A DNA stretch of 64,000 nucleotides, taken from NCBI GenBank assembly GCA_904420015.1, contig CAJFTS010000033.1, positions 66,523 through 130,522 on the forward strand, in the 5' to 3' direction. Positions 38,493 through 47,912 of this stretch are shown here, piece by piece. The notes under the pieces are model-generated. The model searched no databases. It was not told the origin of the DNA and saw only the letters and a list, made by a program, of their open reading frames with translations. Position 1 is the first letter of the stretch. Every line of letters starts with the position of its first letter. This DNA comes from an uncultured Clostridia bacterium (GTDB lineage: Bacteria; Bacillota; Clostridia; Oscillospirales; Acutalibacteraceae). The position numbers and the translations under genes are program-made.

Positions 38493-38971
38493 AAAGGAAT
38501 CCATTCTGCCGCTGCCGCAGGCGGCGCCCTATGCGGTCGGTTTCTTCGGCCGGATTTGAAACCCCCGATTCTTTGATCCAATCCCGATTTCTCCTACTGC
38601 TTTTCGATAAAGCCGCAAAGTTACAGAGGTTAACCGGAAGATTGGAACAAAAGACGGCGCACAGTATCTTAAATTAAAGCATGCCTGCGCTTCATTTTCA
38701 ATAGCTTGTCCGGTTAAAAAAGGATTACAAAATTCCCGAAAATCTGTCATATTGCGGCGAATATACGCTTGTTCCTCTTCCCCTTGAGTCCGGCTCTCAA
38801 AAGAAGAAAGAGCTGCATGAATATTATAAACCAATGTGTTTTTCCAAATTATTGTGTAAAAGCTTTCCCGTTCCCCTTTAAGCAGCAGACTCCTAAAAGA
38901 CAAAATCAGGGAGATGCGGCATTGATCGGCCGTATCTCCCTGATGTATTTTGCCCTTCCGTCCATAGGCTT

Positions 38972-40057
38972 TTACAGCTTTTTCCGGATTTTTCCCGTCA
39001 CCAAAAGCAACAAGGGGATCCCCGCCCCCATCACCAGATTGACCGGCAGCAGCAGGTCGTTGTACAGGCGGCGCAGCTCCAGGGTGTTGGAGCCGAGGGC
39101 CAGCGAAAGGATGAATACCAGAATCATAAAGACATTGGCATAGGAATTGGGCTTATGAGAGCCGGATAGGAAGCCGATTAGCTTCAGGCATAAAAAGGAG
39201 AGCAGGGTAACAATGACAAAATCTCCCACCGTCAGGGCCGCCACTACGGCCGACTCCACCCGTTCGAAGTTGCTGAACAGAGAAATACTTTTGGAAGCGG
39301 CAAAGAAGGGAAAGCTTATCCTCGACACCGTCTCGAAGCCGAAAAGCCCCACCGGCACCGCTATCACCAGCACCATAAATACGGCCAGGATTCCGGTGGT
39401 AATCAGCCCGCCCTTTTGAAACCGGTGCCGGTCGCGCAGATTGTCGGAGAAAAAAAGGAGGATGACCATATAGCAGAGGATGGCGGTAAAGATAACCCCT
39501 CCGCCGAGAACCGGCAGGGTATCCTTCCAGGAAACGGGGGTGAGGTTTTTCGTCTCCACCGATTGACTGAGGACACCGTAGCAGACCGCATAAATCGCCA
39601 AAATGAAGAAGAAAAAGATCGTGCCCGCCCGGGCGATGGATTTCAGCCCCAGCTTTACCGCATAGAGGGCGGCGAACAGCATTACCACTAGGAAGATGGC
39701 CACATTCGTTTCGGTAAAGATGGTGGTGATAATCCGTTCGCCGAACTGCCGCAGATAGAAGGCGCACGCAAAGGTCCCCCAGATCAGATAGAGTGCATTG
39801 ACAACCATTCCCACCGGCTTTCCGAATACCTGACAGAAAGCCTCTGACAAACTTCGCTCCCCCATATGCCGTACCAGATAGGCAAATAGAAAAAACAGGG
39901 GCAAAAACAGCAGGCCGCCGGCCAGCGGAATCAGCCAGGACGCTGTCTTTGCGATTTCGGCGGCCGACGGAACCAGCAGCGGCAGGGACGGCACACCCAG
40001 AAACAGCAAAAACAGCACGAACATCTGCCGCACCGACAGGGTATTTTTCTCATTCAT
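38972..40057 (-). CDS. Spore germination receptor B subunit (GerAB/ArcD/ProY family)
   Basis: Multi-TM; SWLIP, FERVES motif; ger operon context; start ATG 40057. Confidence 0.85.
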   Translation of the reverse strand: MNEKNTLSVRQMFVLFLLFLGVPSLPLLVPSAAEIAKTASWLIPLAGGLLFLPLFFLFAYLVRHMGERSLSEAFCQVFGKPVGMVVNALYLIWGTFACAFYLRQFGERIITTIFTETNVAIFLVVMLFAALYAVKLGLKSIARAGTIFFFFILAIYAVCYGVLSQSVETKNLTPVSWKDTLPVLGGGVIFTAILCYMVILLFFSDNLRDRHRFQKGGLITTGILAVFMVLVIAVPVGLFGFETVSRISFPFFAASKSISLFSNFERVESAVVAALTVGDFVIVTLLSFLCLKLIGFLSGSHKPNSYANVFMILVFILSLALGSNTLELRRLYNDLLLPVNLVMGAGIPLLLLVTGKIRKKL

Positions 40058-40091
40058 AAAAGCACTCACACCTTTGTTAAAGCAATGGGGC

Positions 40092-40271
40092 TCAGCCCAA
40101 CAGCAGATGGGCAATACTCATTTGGGTGGGGTTGAGAAAATAGGCGATTCCCAGTCCCAGCGCCAGCAACGCAAAAATCAGATAGGTAACGACCGCCCGC
40201 TTCTCCCTGCCGCATTCCTTCCATAGGTCGTAGGCGGCGACGGCAGCGAGGGTCAGAATAAAAATGGCCAT
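40092..40271 (-). CDS. Small membrane protein in ger operon (59 aa)
   Basis: AGGAGG 8 nt upstream of ATG; two hydrophobic segments; between gerC and gerB. Confidence 0.7.
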   Translation of the reverse strand: MAIFILTLAAVAAYDLWKECGREKRAVVTYLIFALLALGLGIAYFLNPTQMSIAHLLLG

Positions 40272-40291
40272 TGGGCATTCCTCCTGTGGGC

Positions 40292-41503
40292 TTACTCCTC
40301 CATACCGAGGCCCTGGTTGATGGTATAGAAATTTTGAATCTGCGGCTCCACTTCCACCTGAATGGATAGCTGCGGGTAGAGGGACTCCCAATCTTCCTTC
40401 ACCCGTTCCCATTCGTCCGGATCGCTGCGGTAAAGGTGATCGGCGAGGCCAAGATAATCCACGCCGTCCGACTGGGATTGGGCAATGACCCGCTCCATCT
40501 CCCCTTTGAGCTGGTTGGTTAGATCCTCCTCCAGCGCATGAAGGGTCTCTTCGGTAAAGCGCAGCTCCTCTGCTTTCGGGTTTGCATTGTTGCTGACGCG
40601 TTCGGTAATGTTGGCGGTCAGGTCGACACGAAAGGTAAACGCCGGCTTTCCATCCTTGGTATCGGTAGAAAGCTCCACGCTGGAATTGAGCAGCTGGGCC
40701 GACATTTTCCCAATGTCCTGGGCGTTTATCACCGCCACCGAATACTCAAACCGCCCGGTCAGCAGATTAAACGCCTTCGCCCCATCCTCCTGTAGGAAAC
40801 GTATCAGCTTTCCGTCATGGAATATGCCGTATCCGACCAGTGAGATGGTGGCGGGGCCGCCTTTGGACTCCTCCTGCTTTGCAATGGTGACGGCGGGCAG
40901 GATGGGGACCAAGGTTTCCTCCTCCATGGCCTGCACCACCTGGCGCATCTTGACTTCACTGGAATAGGACATCTCCCCGGCATCGAGCAGCAGCGACTCA
41001 ATGGCCTCAAAGGAGGTGGCGCCGTCGTCGCTGTCGCAGCGCAGGACTTCCTCAGCCGTCGTGTCCTTTGCCACCACGATATGCAGGTCCATCCGCATGT
41101 CCTGGTTGCGGGTGACAAAATCGATGTATTTGGCCAGATCCTCCCTCGCAGCCGCTTCTCCTATGACGAGCAGATCGGTCTGCCCCAGGTAGACGGTGTT
41201 GCTTGAGAAAGTCTGGGCCTTCTTGACCGCTTCGTAAAAGGTCTCCCCATCGCTGACGATCACGTTGTTGATCTCCTCGGTGGACCCCTGCAGGCTTTCC
41301 TGGTCCCGGCTCATAGCCGGGGCAAAGGTTATCCGCATCCCGCCGCTGCCGTCCTCCAGCTGATCCACGCCGATGGCCTGCACCACCGTTTTGCGGGTAA
41401 TCTCTTCCCGCCTCGGCATGTTGGTTTTACTGCCGGCATTGACGGAAAACACCAGGGCAAAGACAAAAAGGCTGCCCAGGAGCGCTTTGGTATTCCGTTT
41501 CAT
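40292..41503 (-). CDS. Spore germination receptor C subunit (Ger(x)C)
   Basis: VVQAIGVD, VYLGQ, IGEAAAR, DYLGL; no clear lipobox Cys. Confidence 0.82.
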   Translation of the reverse strand: MKRNTKALLGSLFVFALVFSVNAGSKTNMPRREEITRKTVVQAIGVDQLEDGSGGMRITFAPAMSRDQESLQGSTEEINNVIVSDGETFYEAVKKAQTFSSNTVYLGQTDLLVIGEAAAREDLAKYIDFVTRNQDMRMDLHIVVAKDTTAEEVLRCDSDDGATSFEAIESLLLDAGEMSYSSEVKMRQVVQAMEEETLVPILPAVTIAKQEESKGGPATISLVGYGIFHDGKLIRFLQEDGAKAFNLLTGRFEYSVAVINAQDIGKMSAQLLNSSVELSTDTKDGKPAFTFRVDLTANITERVSNNANPKAEELRFTEETLHALEEDLTNQLKGEMERVIAQSQSDGVDYLGLADHLYRSDPDEWERVKEDWESLYPQLSIQVEVEPQIQNFYTINQGLGMEE

Positions 41504-42984
41504 CCCTTTGACACCCGCCTTGTCTTATTTTTGTTTCCTAAAAATTCCGGCCGTTTCTTATCCTGTACAAAGGGCCGGCGGAAATAGCTGTCCTTCGTCT
41601 TGGTGTGCCCCCCGATCAGCGGCGCCATATAGGGCACTCCCAGTACCTCTAGGCTGCAGATGCGCAGGGTCAGCAGGATTGCGCCGATCACCAAGCCCAC
41701 CAGCCCCAGCATCCCGCTGAAAAGGAGCAGTACGAACCGCCACACCCGCACGGCGTTGCTTAAGTCCTGGCTTGGAAGGGTAAAGGAGGCAATGGCGGTG
41801 ATGGCCACCACAATGACCACCGCCGGGGAGATCAGCTTGGCGCTCACCGCGGCCTCGCCGACGATAAGCGCGCCCACAATGGAGACCGCCTGGCCGATGT
41901 TCTTCGGCATCCGCAGGCCTGCTTCAATGAGCACCTCAAAGGCGATAAGCATGACAATCATTTCAATGATTTCGTCAAACGGGACCTCCAGCCTGGCCTT
42001 CATAATGGATTGCACCAGCCTGGAGGGGAGCATCTCCTGGTGAAAGGAGAGGATGGAAACGTAAAACCCGGGCAAAAGCAGCGTTATCCCCATCATAACA
42101 AAACGAAGCACCCTTATGGCGGAGGCAAAAACCGAATGGCGGGCGTAATCCTCCGGCGCCTGCATCTGCTGCAGGATGTTCCCGGGCACCAGAAGGGCAA
42201 AGGGAAAGCCGTCGATGATGATACCGATATAGCCTTCGTTGATGTCGGCACAGAAGGAGTCGGGCCGTTCGGTGTTGGTCACCTGGGGAAAGATGGAGTT
42301 GTCGTCTCCGCAGAGGGCCTCCTCCACAATACCCAGGGAAGAGATGGAATCCACGTCCAGCTTGGACAGGCAATCCTTTGCCCGCTGGACCAAGGCGTCG
42401 TCCGCCGTATTTTTCAGGTAGACAACGGCGATGTTGGTCTGCGACTGACGCCCCGCCAATACCGATTCCACGACGATGTCGGGAGAATGCAGCCGGCTGC
42501 GTACCAGGGCGGTATTCATCAGCCAGCGCTCTACAAAGGCGTCCTTTCCCCCCTTGGTGATGTTTTCATTGGTGGGCTCGGTCACGCTTCGCACAAAGGT
42601 GGACTTGATCTCAAAGGTGTAGGCATCGGCGGCGCCGTCGAGAAAGAGCGCCGCACTGCCGGTCAGCATCTGTTTGATGATATCGTCGGCCTTTTGCTGT
42701 TTTTTCTGGTCGGGGCAATAGATCCCGCCTCCGTCAATATAGGCGAAAAGGTCCCCGGCGGTGGCGTCGGCGGCGAACCGGTGCTCCACCAAAGAACGCA
42801 TGACCAGCTCGCTGAGCTGGCCGGAATTGATCATTCCGTCCACAAAGGCAAACGCCCCGCGGAATTTCTGCCCAATGAGAATGGGGCGCACGCGAAAATC
42901 GCTGTTCCTTTGAAGGCGGTCGCAAACCTCTTCAAAGAGCGGCGTTTTATGCTGAAAGTTGGCCTTTTTCTTAAAATCCTCCAC
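41500..42984 (-). CDS. Spore germination receptor A subunit (GerA)
   Basis: FVDGMIN, RSVTEP, TERPD, AVSIVGALIVGEAAV, GVPYMAP; start GTG 42984 behind GGAAGGG. Confidence 0.92.
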   Translation of the reverse strand: MEDFKKKANFQHKTPLFEEVCDRLQRNSDFRVRPILIGQKFRGAFAFVDGMINSGQLSELVMRSLVEHRFAADATAGDLFAYIDGGGIYCPDQKKQQKADDIIKQMLTGSAALFLDGAADAYTFEIKSTFVRSVTEPTNENITKGGKDAFVERWLMNTALVRSRLHSPDIVVESVLAGRQSQTNIAVVYLKNTADDALVQRAKDCLSKLDVDSISSLGIVEEALCGDDNSIFPQVTNTERPDSFCADINEGYIGIIIDGFPFALLVPGNILQQMQAPEDYARHSVFASAIRVLRFVMMGITLLLPGFYVSILSFHQEMLPSRLVQSIMKARLEVPFDEIIEMIVMLIAFEVLIEAGLRMPKNIGQAVSIVGALIVGEAAVSAKLISPAVVIVVAITAIASFTLPSQDLSNAVRVWRFVLLLFSGMLGLVGLVIGAILLTLRICSLEVLGVPYMAPLIGGHTKTKDSYFRRPFVQDKKRPEFLGNKNKTRRVSKG

Positions 42985-43049
42985 GGCCGTCCCTTCCTTT
43001 CCTTCAAAAAAGCGCCCCGTAATTCCCTGCCGTCGGCGCATTCTGTCTT

Positions 43050-43079
43050 TATTGTGTACGGCTTTCGGGCCAAACATGC
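43050..43079 (-). promoter_or_regulatory. Candidate sigmaG/F forespore promoter for ger operon
   Basis: GCATG-18 nt-CACAATA resembles GCATA-N17/18-CATACTA. Confidence 0.45.
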
Positions 43080-43143
43080 ATATCGTTTCCTTAATTCCCT
43101 TTCAATTGGATTTTAAAAGCAGCCGTTTCGGGCCTGGTTTTTA

Positions 43144-43393
43144 AGCTGATGCGCCACCCACAGCTAAGAACGGCGGCTTCCATTGGCCCTGGAAGGGCCT
43201 TTTCCCGGCCGCCGAAAACCTTTTGCCGCTGAAATCCAATGTCCTTTCTCCCGCGAACGGGCTATTTGCCCTCGAACGCATCGTTTTGCTCATACACGCA
43301 CTTTTGATTAGCGGCCCGCTTCGCTCAAGCCTGGAAGCGAACGCTTTTTTGCTGGATTTTGCCGCCTTCAAAGCCGGCGGTTCCCGAAACAAA
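43144..43393 (+). mobile_element. Partly degenerate copy (B') of the palindrome-ended element
   Basis: ggcggctt...ggccctggaagggcc left motifs; last 83 bp match copy B at 80/83. Confidence 0.6.
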
Positions 43394-43645
43394 GTCAAAA
43401 CCACCGGCAAAGCCGGCGGCTTGAGTAAGCCCTAGAAGGGCTTATTATCAGCAAGCGTCTTAAGACGCGCGGAAATTTATTTCCCTTGCATCACTTGTCC
43501 CGTAGCCCGTAAACAGGCGAATCCCCATTTTAACCGAAAGCCTTCCGTCACCGTTAGGCTGGCTGTCCGCGGCCCGCTTCGCTCAAGCCTGGAAGCGAAC
43601 GCCTTTTTGCTGGATTTTGCCGCCTTCAAGGCCGGCGGTTCCAGA
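43394..43645 (+). mobile_element. Palindrome-ended element, copy B
   Basis: gtcaaaaccaccggcaaagccgg start; interior colinear with A and C. Confidence 0.75.
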
Positions 43646-43706
43646 AACAAAAAGAAAAAGCCCGCGGAACACAAGTCCCGCGGGCCCTTTTTCTTTTTTC
43701 TCCGGC

Positions 43707-44717
43707 TTACACCACGCCGTTTAAAATGTCGTCAATGCTCTTGAGCTCCTCCTCGGTAAAGGTCAGCTTCTCAATGGCCTTGACGTTTTCCTCGATCTGG
43801 GATACCCGGCTGGCGCCGATGATGACCGAGGTCATCCGGCTGTCCCGCAGATCCCAAGCCAAAGCCATCTGCGCGAGGGTCTGATCCCGCTCGGCGGCGA
43901 TGACGTTGAGCTTTCTCGACTTCTCGATCAGCTCCTCGGTTACGGCATTCTGGCCGATGGAGCCGTTCATCGGATGGGTGATCCGGGAATCGGCAGGGAC
44001 GCCCCCTAGGTACCGGCTGGTGAGCACGCCCTGGAAAAGCGGGCAGAAGGCCACCAGGCCCATCCCCTCTTCCTCCACCACATCGAGAAGGCCGTTTTCA
44101 ATGTCCCGGTAATGCATGTGGTAGCGCTGCTGCTGGATGGTCAGCGGCACCCCCATCTGCCTGATGATGCGGGCGGCTTCCTTCGTCTGCTCGGGAGTGT
44201 AGTTGGAAACCCCTACATACAGCGCCTTGCCCGCCTTGACGATATCCGCCAGCGCACCCATGGTTTCCTCCAAGGGGGTATCCGGATCGGGGCGGTGATG
44301 GTAGAAGATATCCACATAGTCAAGGCCCATCCGCTTCAAGCTCTGGTCCAGGGAGGAGATCAGGTATTTGCGGGAGCCATGGTCGCCGTAAGGCCCTTCC
44401 CAGCCCTTATAGCCGGCCTTGGTGGTAATCACCATTTCATCCCGGTGAGGCTTGAAATCCTCCCGGAGCACTTTGCCGAACAGCTCCTCCGCGCCGCCGG
44501 AGGGCGGGCCGTAGTTGTTGGCAAGGTCGAACTGGGTGATGCCCAGGTCAAAGGCGCGCAGAAGCATCTGACGGCAGTTGTCGTACTGGTTGACGGTGCC
44601 GAAATTCTGCCACAGGCCGAAGGAAATGACCGGGAGCATCAGCCCGCTGCGCCCGCAGCGGCGGTAGGGCATGGTATCATACCGGGCCGGGTCTGCTTTA
44701 TAAACTTCGTAAGGCAT
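43707..44717 (-). CDS. Aldo/keto reductase (YghZ/MgrA-like)
   Basis: CGRSGL, GLWQNFG, FDLANNYGPP, STKAGY-like TTKAGY, DIFYHHRPD; start ATG 44717 behind AGGAGG. Confidence 0.92.
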   Translation of the reverse strand: MPYEVYKADPARYDTMPYRRCGRSGLMLPVISFGLWQNFGTVNQYDNCRQMLLRAFDLGITQFDLANNYGPPSGGAEELFGKVLREDFKPHRDEMVITTKAGYKGWEGPYGDHGSRKYLISSLDQSLKRMGLDYVDIFYHHRPDPDTPLEETMGALADIVKAGKALYVGVSNYTPEQTKEAARIIRQMGVPLTIQQQRYHMHYRDIENGLLDVVEEEGMGLVAFCPLFQGVLTSRYLGGVPADSRITHPMNGSIGQNAVTEELIEKSRKLNVIAAERDQTLAQMALAWDLRDSRMTSVIIGASRVSQIEENVKAIEKLTFTEEELKSIDDILNGVV

Positions 44718-44830
44718 GGGAATCCTCCTTTTCTTTGCTGCAAATGGATCAGCGTTCGCTGTTACTATACCACATCTGAAACCGATTTTCCAGAGGGCGG
44801 CAAAGCAAGCGTATGGAAATATCTTGCCGG

Positions 44831-45166
44831 TCATGGGATTGAAAGAAGATAGACTTGTGTTCTGACCCCTTGCTTTTTCGCGTAATCGATGGTGTACTTC
44901 GTCCCCTTGGATGCTCCGTCCCACAATGCGACGACCATCTCCGCCTGCTTTACGATTTCCCGATTTCGCACCAAAGGCGCCGCCCGCCCATAACGGATAG
45001 AATCGGGGCGGATGTTTTGAACCGGTACGCCGTGTTCTCTAGCCCATCTCTCCGCCAACTGGTCGACGCCGGCCGCCCCGCCGGAAATCAGCAGGGTAAT
45101 GCCCTGCGGGATATAGCGGCCGATATCCACCTTTATCTTCCTTGATCCAATCACCGCAATTTTCAT
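44831..45166 (-). CDS. Stand-alone SLOG-family protein (YspA/DUF2493-like)
   Basis: IAVIGSR, SGGAAGVD, RNREIV, WDGASKGT. Confidence 0.8.
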   Translation of the reverse strand: MKIAVIGSRKIKVDIGRYIPQGITLLISGGAAGVDQLAERWAREHGVPVQNIRPDSIRYGRAAPLVRNREIVKQAEMVVALWDGASKGTKYTIDYAKKQGVRTQVYLLSIP

Positions 45167-45227
45167 ATGCGCCTCCGAAAAAACAATTCGTCAATACTTA
45201 GTCATAATTGCGTCAATATTACAAAAT

Positions 45228-45256
45228 ATTATACTGCGGCGTTATGATAATGTCAA
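45228..45256 (-). promoter_or_regulatory. sigmaA promoter for the SLOG gene
   Basis: TTGACA-17 nt-TATAAT perfect consensus on the minus strand. Confidence 0.85.
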
Positions 45257-45278
45257 TCTGATGTCGGAGGCGTATTTT

Positions 45279-45491
45279 ATGGCAGACAATCTTGCTCGCT
45301 TCACCTTGCGAATTTCCCCATATCTATTAGAAAAGCTTACTGTTGTCGCCGACTACAATGGCCGCACCAAAAACAAGGAAATTGAATGGCTCATTCGCAA
45401 TTGCATAAAAGAATATGAGAAGGAATTCGGCGAAATTAAGAGTTCTCATTCCGCTATCGAGTCAAAACCACCGGCAAAGCCGGAGGCATGA
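45279..45491 (+). CDS. Arc-like ribbon-helix-helix DNA-binding protein
   Basis: RFTLRISPYLLEKLTVVADYNGRTKNKEIEWLI; ATG 45279 behind GGAGG. Confidence 0.8.
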   Translation: MADNLARFTLRISPYLLEKLTVVADYNGRTKNKEIEWLIRNCIKEYEKEFGEIKSSHSAIESKPPAKPEA

Positions 45492-45710
45492 ATCGCCCTA
45501 GAAGGGCTTACTACCAGCAAGCGTCTCAAGACGCACGGAAATTTATTTCCCTTGCATCGCTTGCCCCGCGGCCCGTAAACAGGCGAATCCCCATTTTAAC
45601 CGGAAGCCTTCCGTCACCGTTAGGCTGGCTGTTCGCAGCCCGCTTCGCTCGATGCTCAAAGCGAACGCTTTTTTGCGTGACATCTCCACCGGCTAAGCCG
45701 GTGGTTTCCG
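45461..45710 (+). mobile_element. Palindrome-ended element, copy C (best preserved)
   Basis: gtcaaaaccaccggc-aaa-gccgg ... ccaccggc-taa-gccggtggtttcc. Confidence 0.78.
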
Positions 45711-45780
45711 TTCCCAATAAAATAAGCCACGGTAAACCGTGGCTTATTTTATTGGGTGTAAGAATGGCTTTTTCCCAGCA

Positions 45781-45817
45781 AAAAAGTGGCTGCCGTACCA
45801 GACGGCAGCCACTTTTC
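45781..45817 (-). terminator. Terminator of ispH-rpsA
   Basis: aaaaagtggctgccgt...acggcagccactttt. Confidence 0.85.
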
Positions 45818-45827
45818 CTTAAGTCTC

Positions 45828-47912
45828 TTATTCCTCGGTTGCAGCCGGCTCCTCAGCAGCAGGAGCTTCCTCCGCCGGGGCGGCCTCATTCGCATCCTCA
45901 TCCGCGAAGGGGGACGGCACAATGCCTTCCTCAATCAGCACGCGGGTAGAGAGGGAAATGCGTTTCTTCTCAAAGTCGATATCCGTGATGCGCGCCTTGA
46001 CCACCTGGCCCACCTTCAGGACATCCTGAGGCTTTTCAATGCGGCGGTCGGCAATCTGGGAAATGTGGATCAGGCCGTCGATGCCCGGAATGATGCGGGC
46101 AAAGGCGCCGAAGGTGGTCAGGCCCACGATGGTCACATCGCAGTCGGTGCCCACCGGATAATCCTTCTTGAGGATCTCCCACGGATTGTCCTCATCCTTG
46201 CGGTAACCCAAGGAAATGCGCTTCTTTTCCGGATCGATTTCCTTAATATACACCTCCACCGTGTCGCCGATGTTGACGACCTCGGACGGATGCTTGACGC
46301 GGCTCCAGGAGAGCTCGGACACGTGGATCATCCCGTCCACGCCGCCGATGTCGACAAAGGCGCCGTAAGAGGTCAGGGACTTGACCACGCCGGTATACTT
46401 CTGGCCGGCCTCAGCGGTCTCCCAGAACTTCTCTTCCAGCTTTTTGCGCTCCTCGCTGGCCACCTTGCGGATGGAACCCACCGCGCGGCGGCGGCCGCGG
46501 TTGACCTCGATAATCTTAAACGAAGCTTCCTTATTGAGCAGGCCCTCCAGCGGCTCATTGCGGGAAAGGGTGGCCTGAGACGCCGGGATAAAGACGCGCA
46601 CACCGTGAGACACCGCCAGCACGCCGCCCTTGATGATCTCAACCACCTTGCCTTCGACCACCGTATCCTCCTCGTTGGCCTTGACAATCTCTTCCCAGCC
46701 CTTGATCGCGTCGAAACGGCGCTTGGAGAGCATGATGGTGCCTTCCTGGTCATTGGTGCGCATAATGAGAAGATCCAACTCGTCGCCGACCTTCACAAGA
46801 TCCTCGGGCTTGGCGTTGGGGTCGTTGGAAAGCTCATCCGCCGGGATGTAACCGGCCTGTTTCCTGCCGACATCGACCTGCACCTCGTTGGGCGCAATGG
46901 AAACGACAACGCCGTGCACCTTTTCACCTGTATTATAATTTTTGAAAGACGCCTCCAGCGCTTCCTCAAAGGTCATTTCGTCGAAGGATTTCTCGGGCGT
47001 TTCCACGGTCTCCTCCACCGTAACCTCAGGGGTCTTTTCGAGCTCCTTCTCGGGCTCGTTGTTCAGAATTTCGGACATGGCGAATAGTACCTCCTTTATG
47101 ATGCTGGCAGGCGTGGACGCGCCCGCCGTAACGCCGATGCTTTTCGCCCTTCTAATGGGCCCTTGCGGCAATTCCGCCGCGGTTTCCACCAGAATGGTAT
47201 CGCAGTTTGCCGCGCATACGTCGCGCAGCTTTGCTGTGTTAGAGCTTTGGCGGCCGCCAATAATCACCATCAAATCGGAGCGGGAGGACAGTTCTTCCGC
47301 CTCATTTTGACGCTTGGACGTGGCACTACATATTGTATCAAAAATCTTTGCGTTTGTATAGACCTTTTTTGCACTTTTGATGCAGTTTCTCCATTCATTT
47401 AGAGAAAAAGTCGTCTGCGCCACGATGGAAATCCGGCTTTTTTCCTCTATTGACATGGTATGAGTCAATTTTTCGAGCTCCTGGGCGTTTTTAAACACAT
47501 AGGATACGCCTGTGCAATGGCCGCGGATCCCCTCCACCTCCGGATGATTGCGGTCCCCCGCGATCAGAACCGTCCGCCCGACGGCCGACTCCCGGGCTAC
47601 AATCCGGTGGATTTTCGCCACAAACGGACAAGTGGCGTCGGCGCAGGACACCCCTGCCGCCTCCACCCGGCGCAGCACCTGGGCGGGAACCCCGTGGGAG
47701 CGGATGACCACCGTGCTCCCCTCGGGCGCGTCCTCGGGCCTTTCCACTATTTCGACGCCGCGGCCGGCCAGCTCCTCCACCAGCTGGGGGTTGTGGATGA
47801 TGGGGCCCAGGGTCACCACCTGTCTGCCCTCGTCTAACAGATCATAAACCAAATTGACCGCCCGGTTTACCCCGAAGCAGAACCCGGCGGTTTTTGCAAC
47901 GGTAATGCTCAA
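45828..47912 (-). CDS. ispH: Fused 4-hydroxy-3-methylbut-2-enyl diphosphate reductase / ribosomal protein S1
   Basis: AGFCFGV, DATCPFV, DTICSAT, SSNT, TAGASTP, then S1 repeats (YGAFVDIGGVDGMIHVSELSW; FGAFARIIPGIDGLIHISQI). Confidence 0.93.
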   Translation of the reverse strand: MSITVAKTAGFCFGVNRAVNLVYDLLDEGRQVVTLGPIIHNPQLVEELAGRGVEIVERPEDAPEGSTVVIRSHGVPAQVLRRVEAAGVSCADATCPFVAKIHRIVARESAVGRTVLIAGDRNHPEVEGIRGHCTGVSYVFKNAQELEKLTHTMSIEEKSRISIVAQTTFSLNEWRNCIKSAKKVYTNAKIFDTICSATSKRQNEAEELSSRSDLMVIIGGRQSSNTAKLRDVCAANCDTILVETAAELPQGPIRRAKSIGVTAGASTPASIIKEVLFAMSEILNNEPEKELEKTPEVTVEETVETPEKSFDEMTFEEALEASFKNYNTGEKVHGVVVSIAPNEVQVDVGRKQAGYIPADELSNDPNAKPEDLVKVGDELDLLIMRTNDQEGTIMLSKRRFDAIKGWEEIVKANEEDTVVEGKVVEIIKGGVLAVSHGVRVFIPASQATLSRNEPLEGLLNKEASFKIIEVNRGRRRAVGSIRKVASEERKKLEEKFWETAEAGQKYTGVVKSLTSYGAFVDIGGVDGMIHVSELSWSRVKHPSEVVNIGDTVEVYIKEIDPEKKRISLGYRKDEDNPWEILKKDYPVGTDCDVTIVGLTTFGAFARIIPGIDGLIHISQIADRRIEKPQDVLKVGQVVKARITDIDFEKKRISLSTRVLIEEGIVPSPFADEDANEAAPAEEAPAAEEPAATEE

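Noticed and set aside
38529-38903. 124-aa AT-rich ORF upstream of MBOAT
   Set aside because: No convincing RBS or motif; more likely promoter-containing intergenic DNA.
45430-45466. Element end read as an outward-facing -35 (TTGACT on the minus strand)
   Set aside because: No acceptable -10 at 16-18 nt spacing at copies C, D or E.
45526-45717. Short ORF (..NGDGRLPVKMGIRLFTG..INFRAS) open in element copies A, B and C
   Set aside because: Differences between copies are largely non-synonymous, starts are not shared and there is no RBS; openness is explained by the absence of indels. No IS200 TnpA HUH motif.
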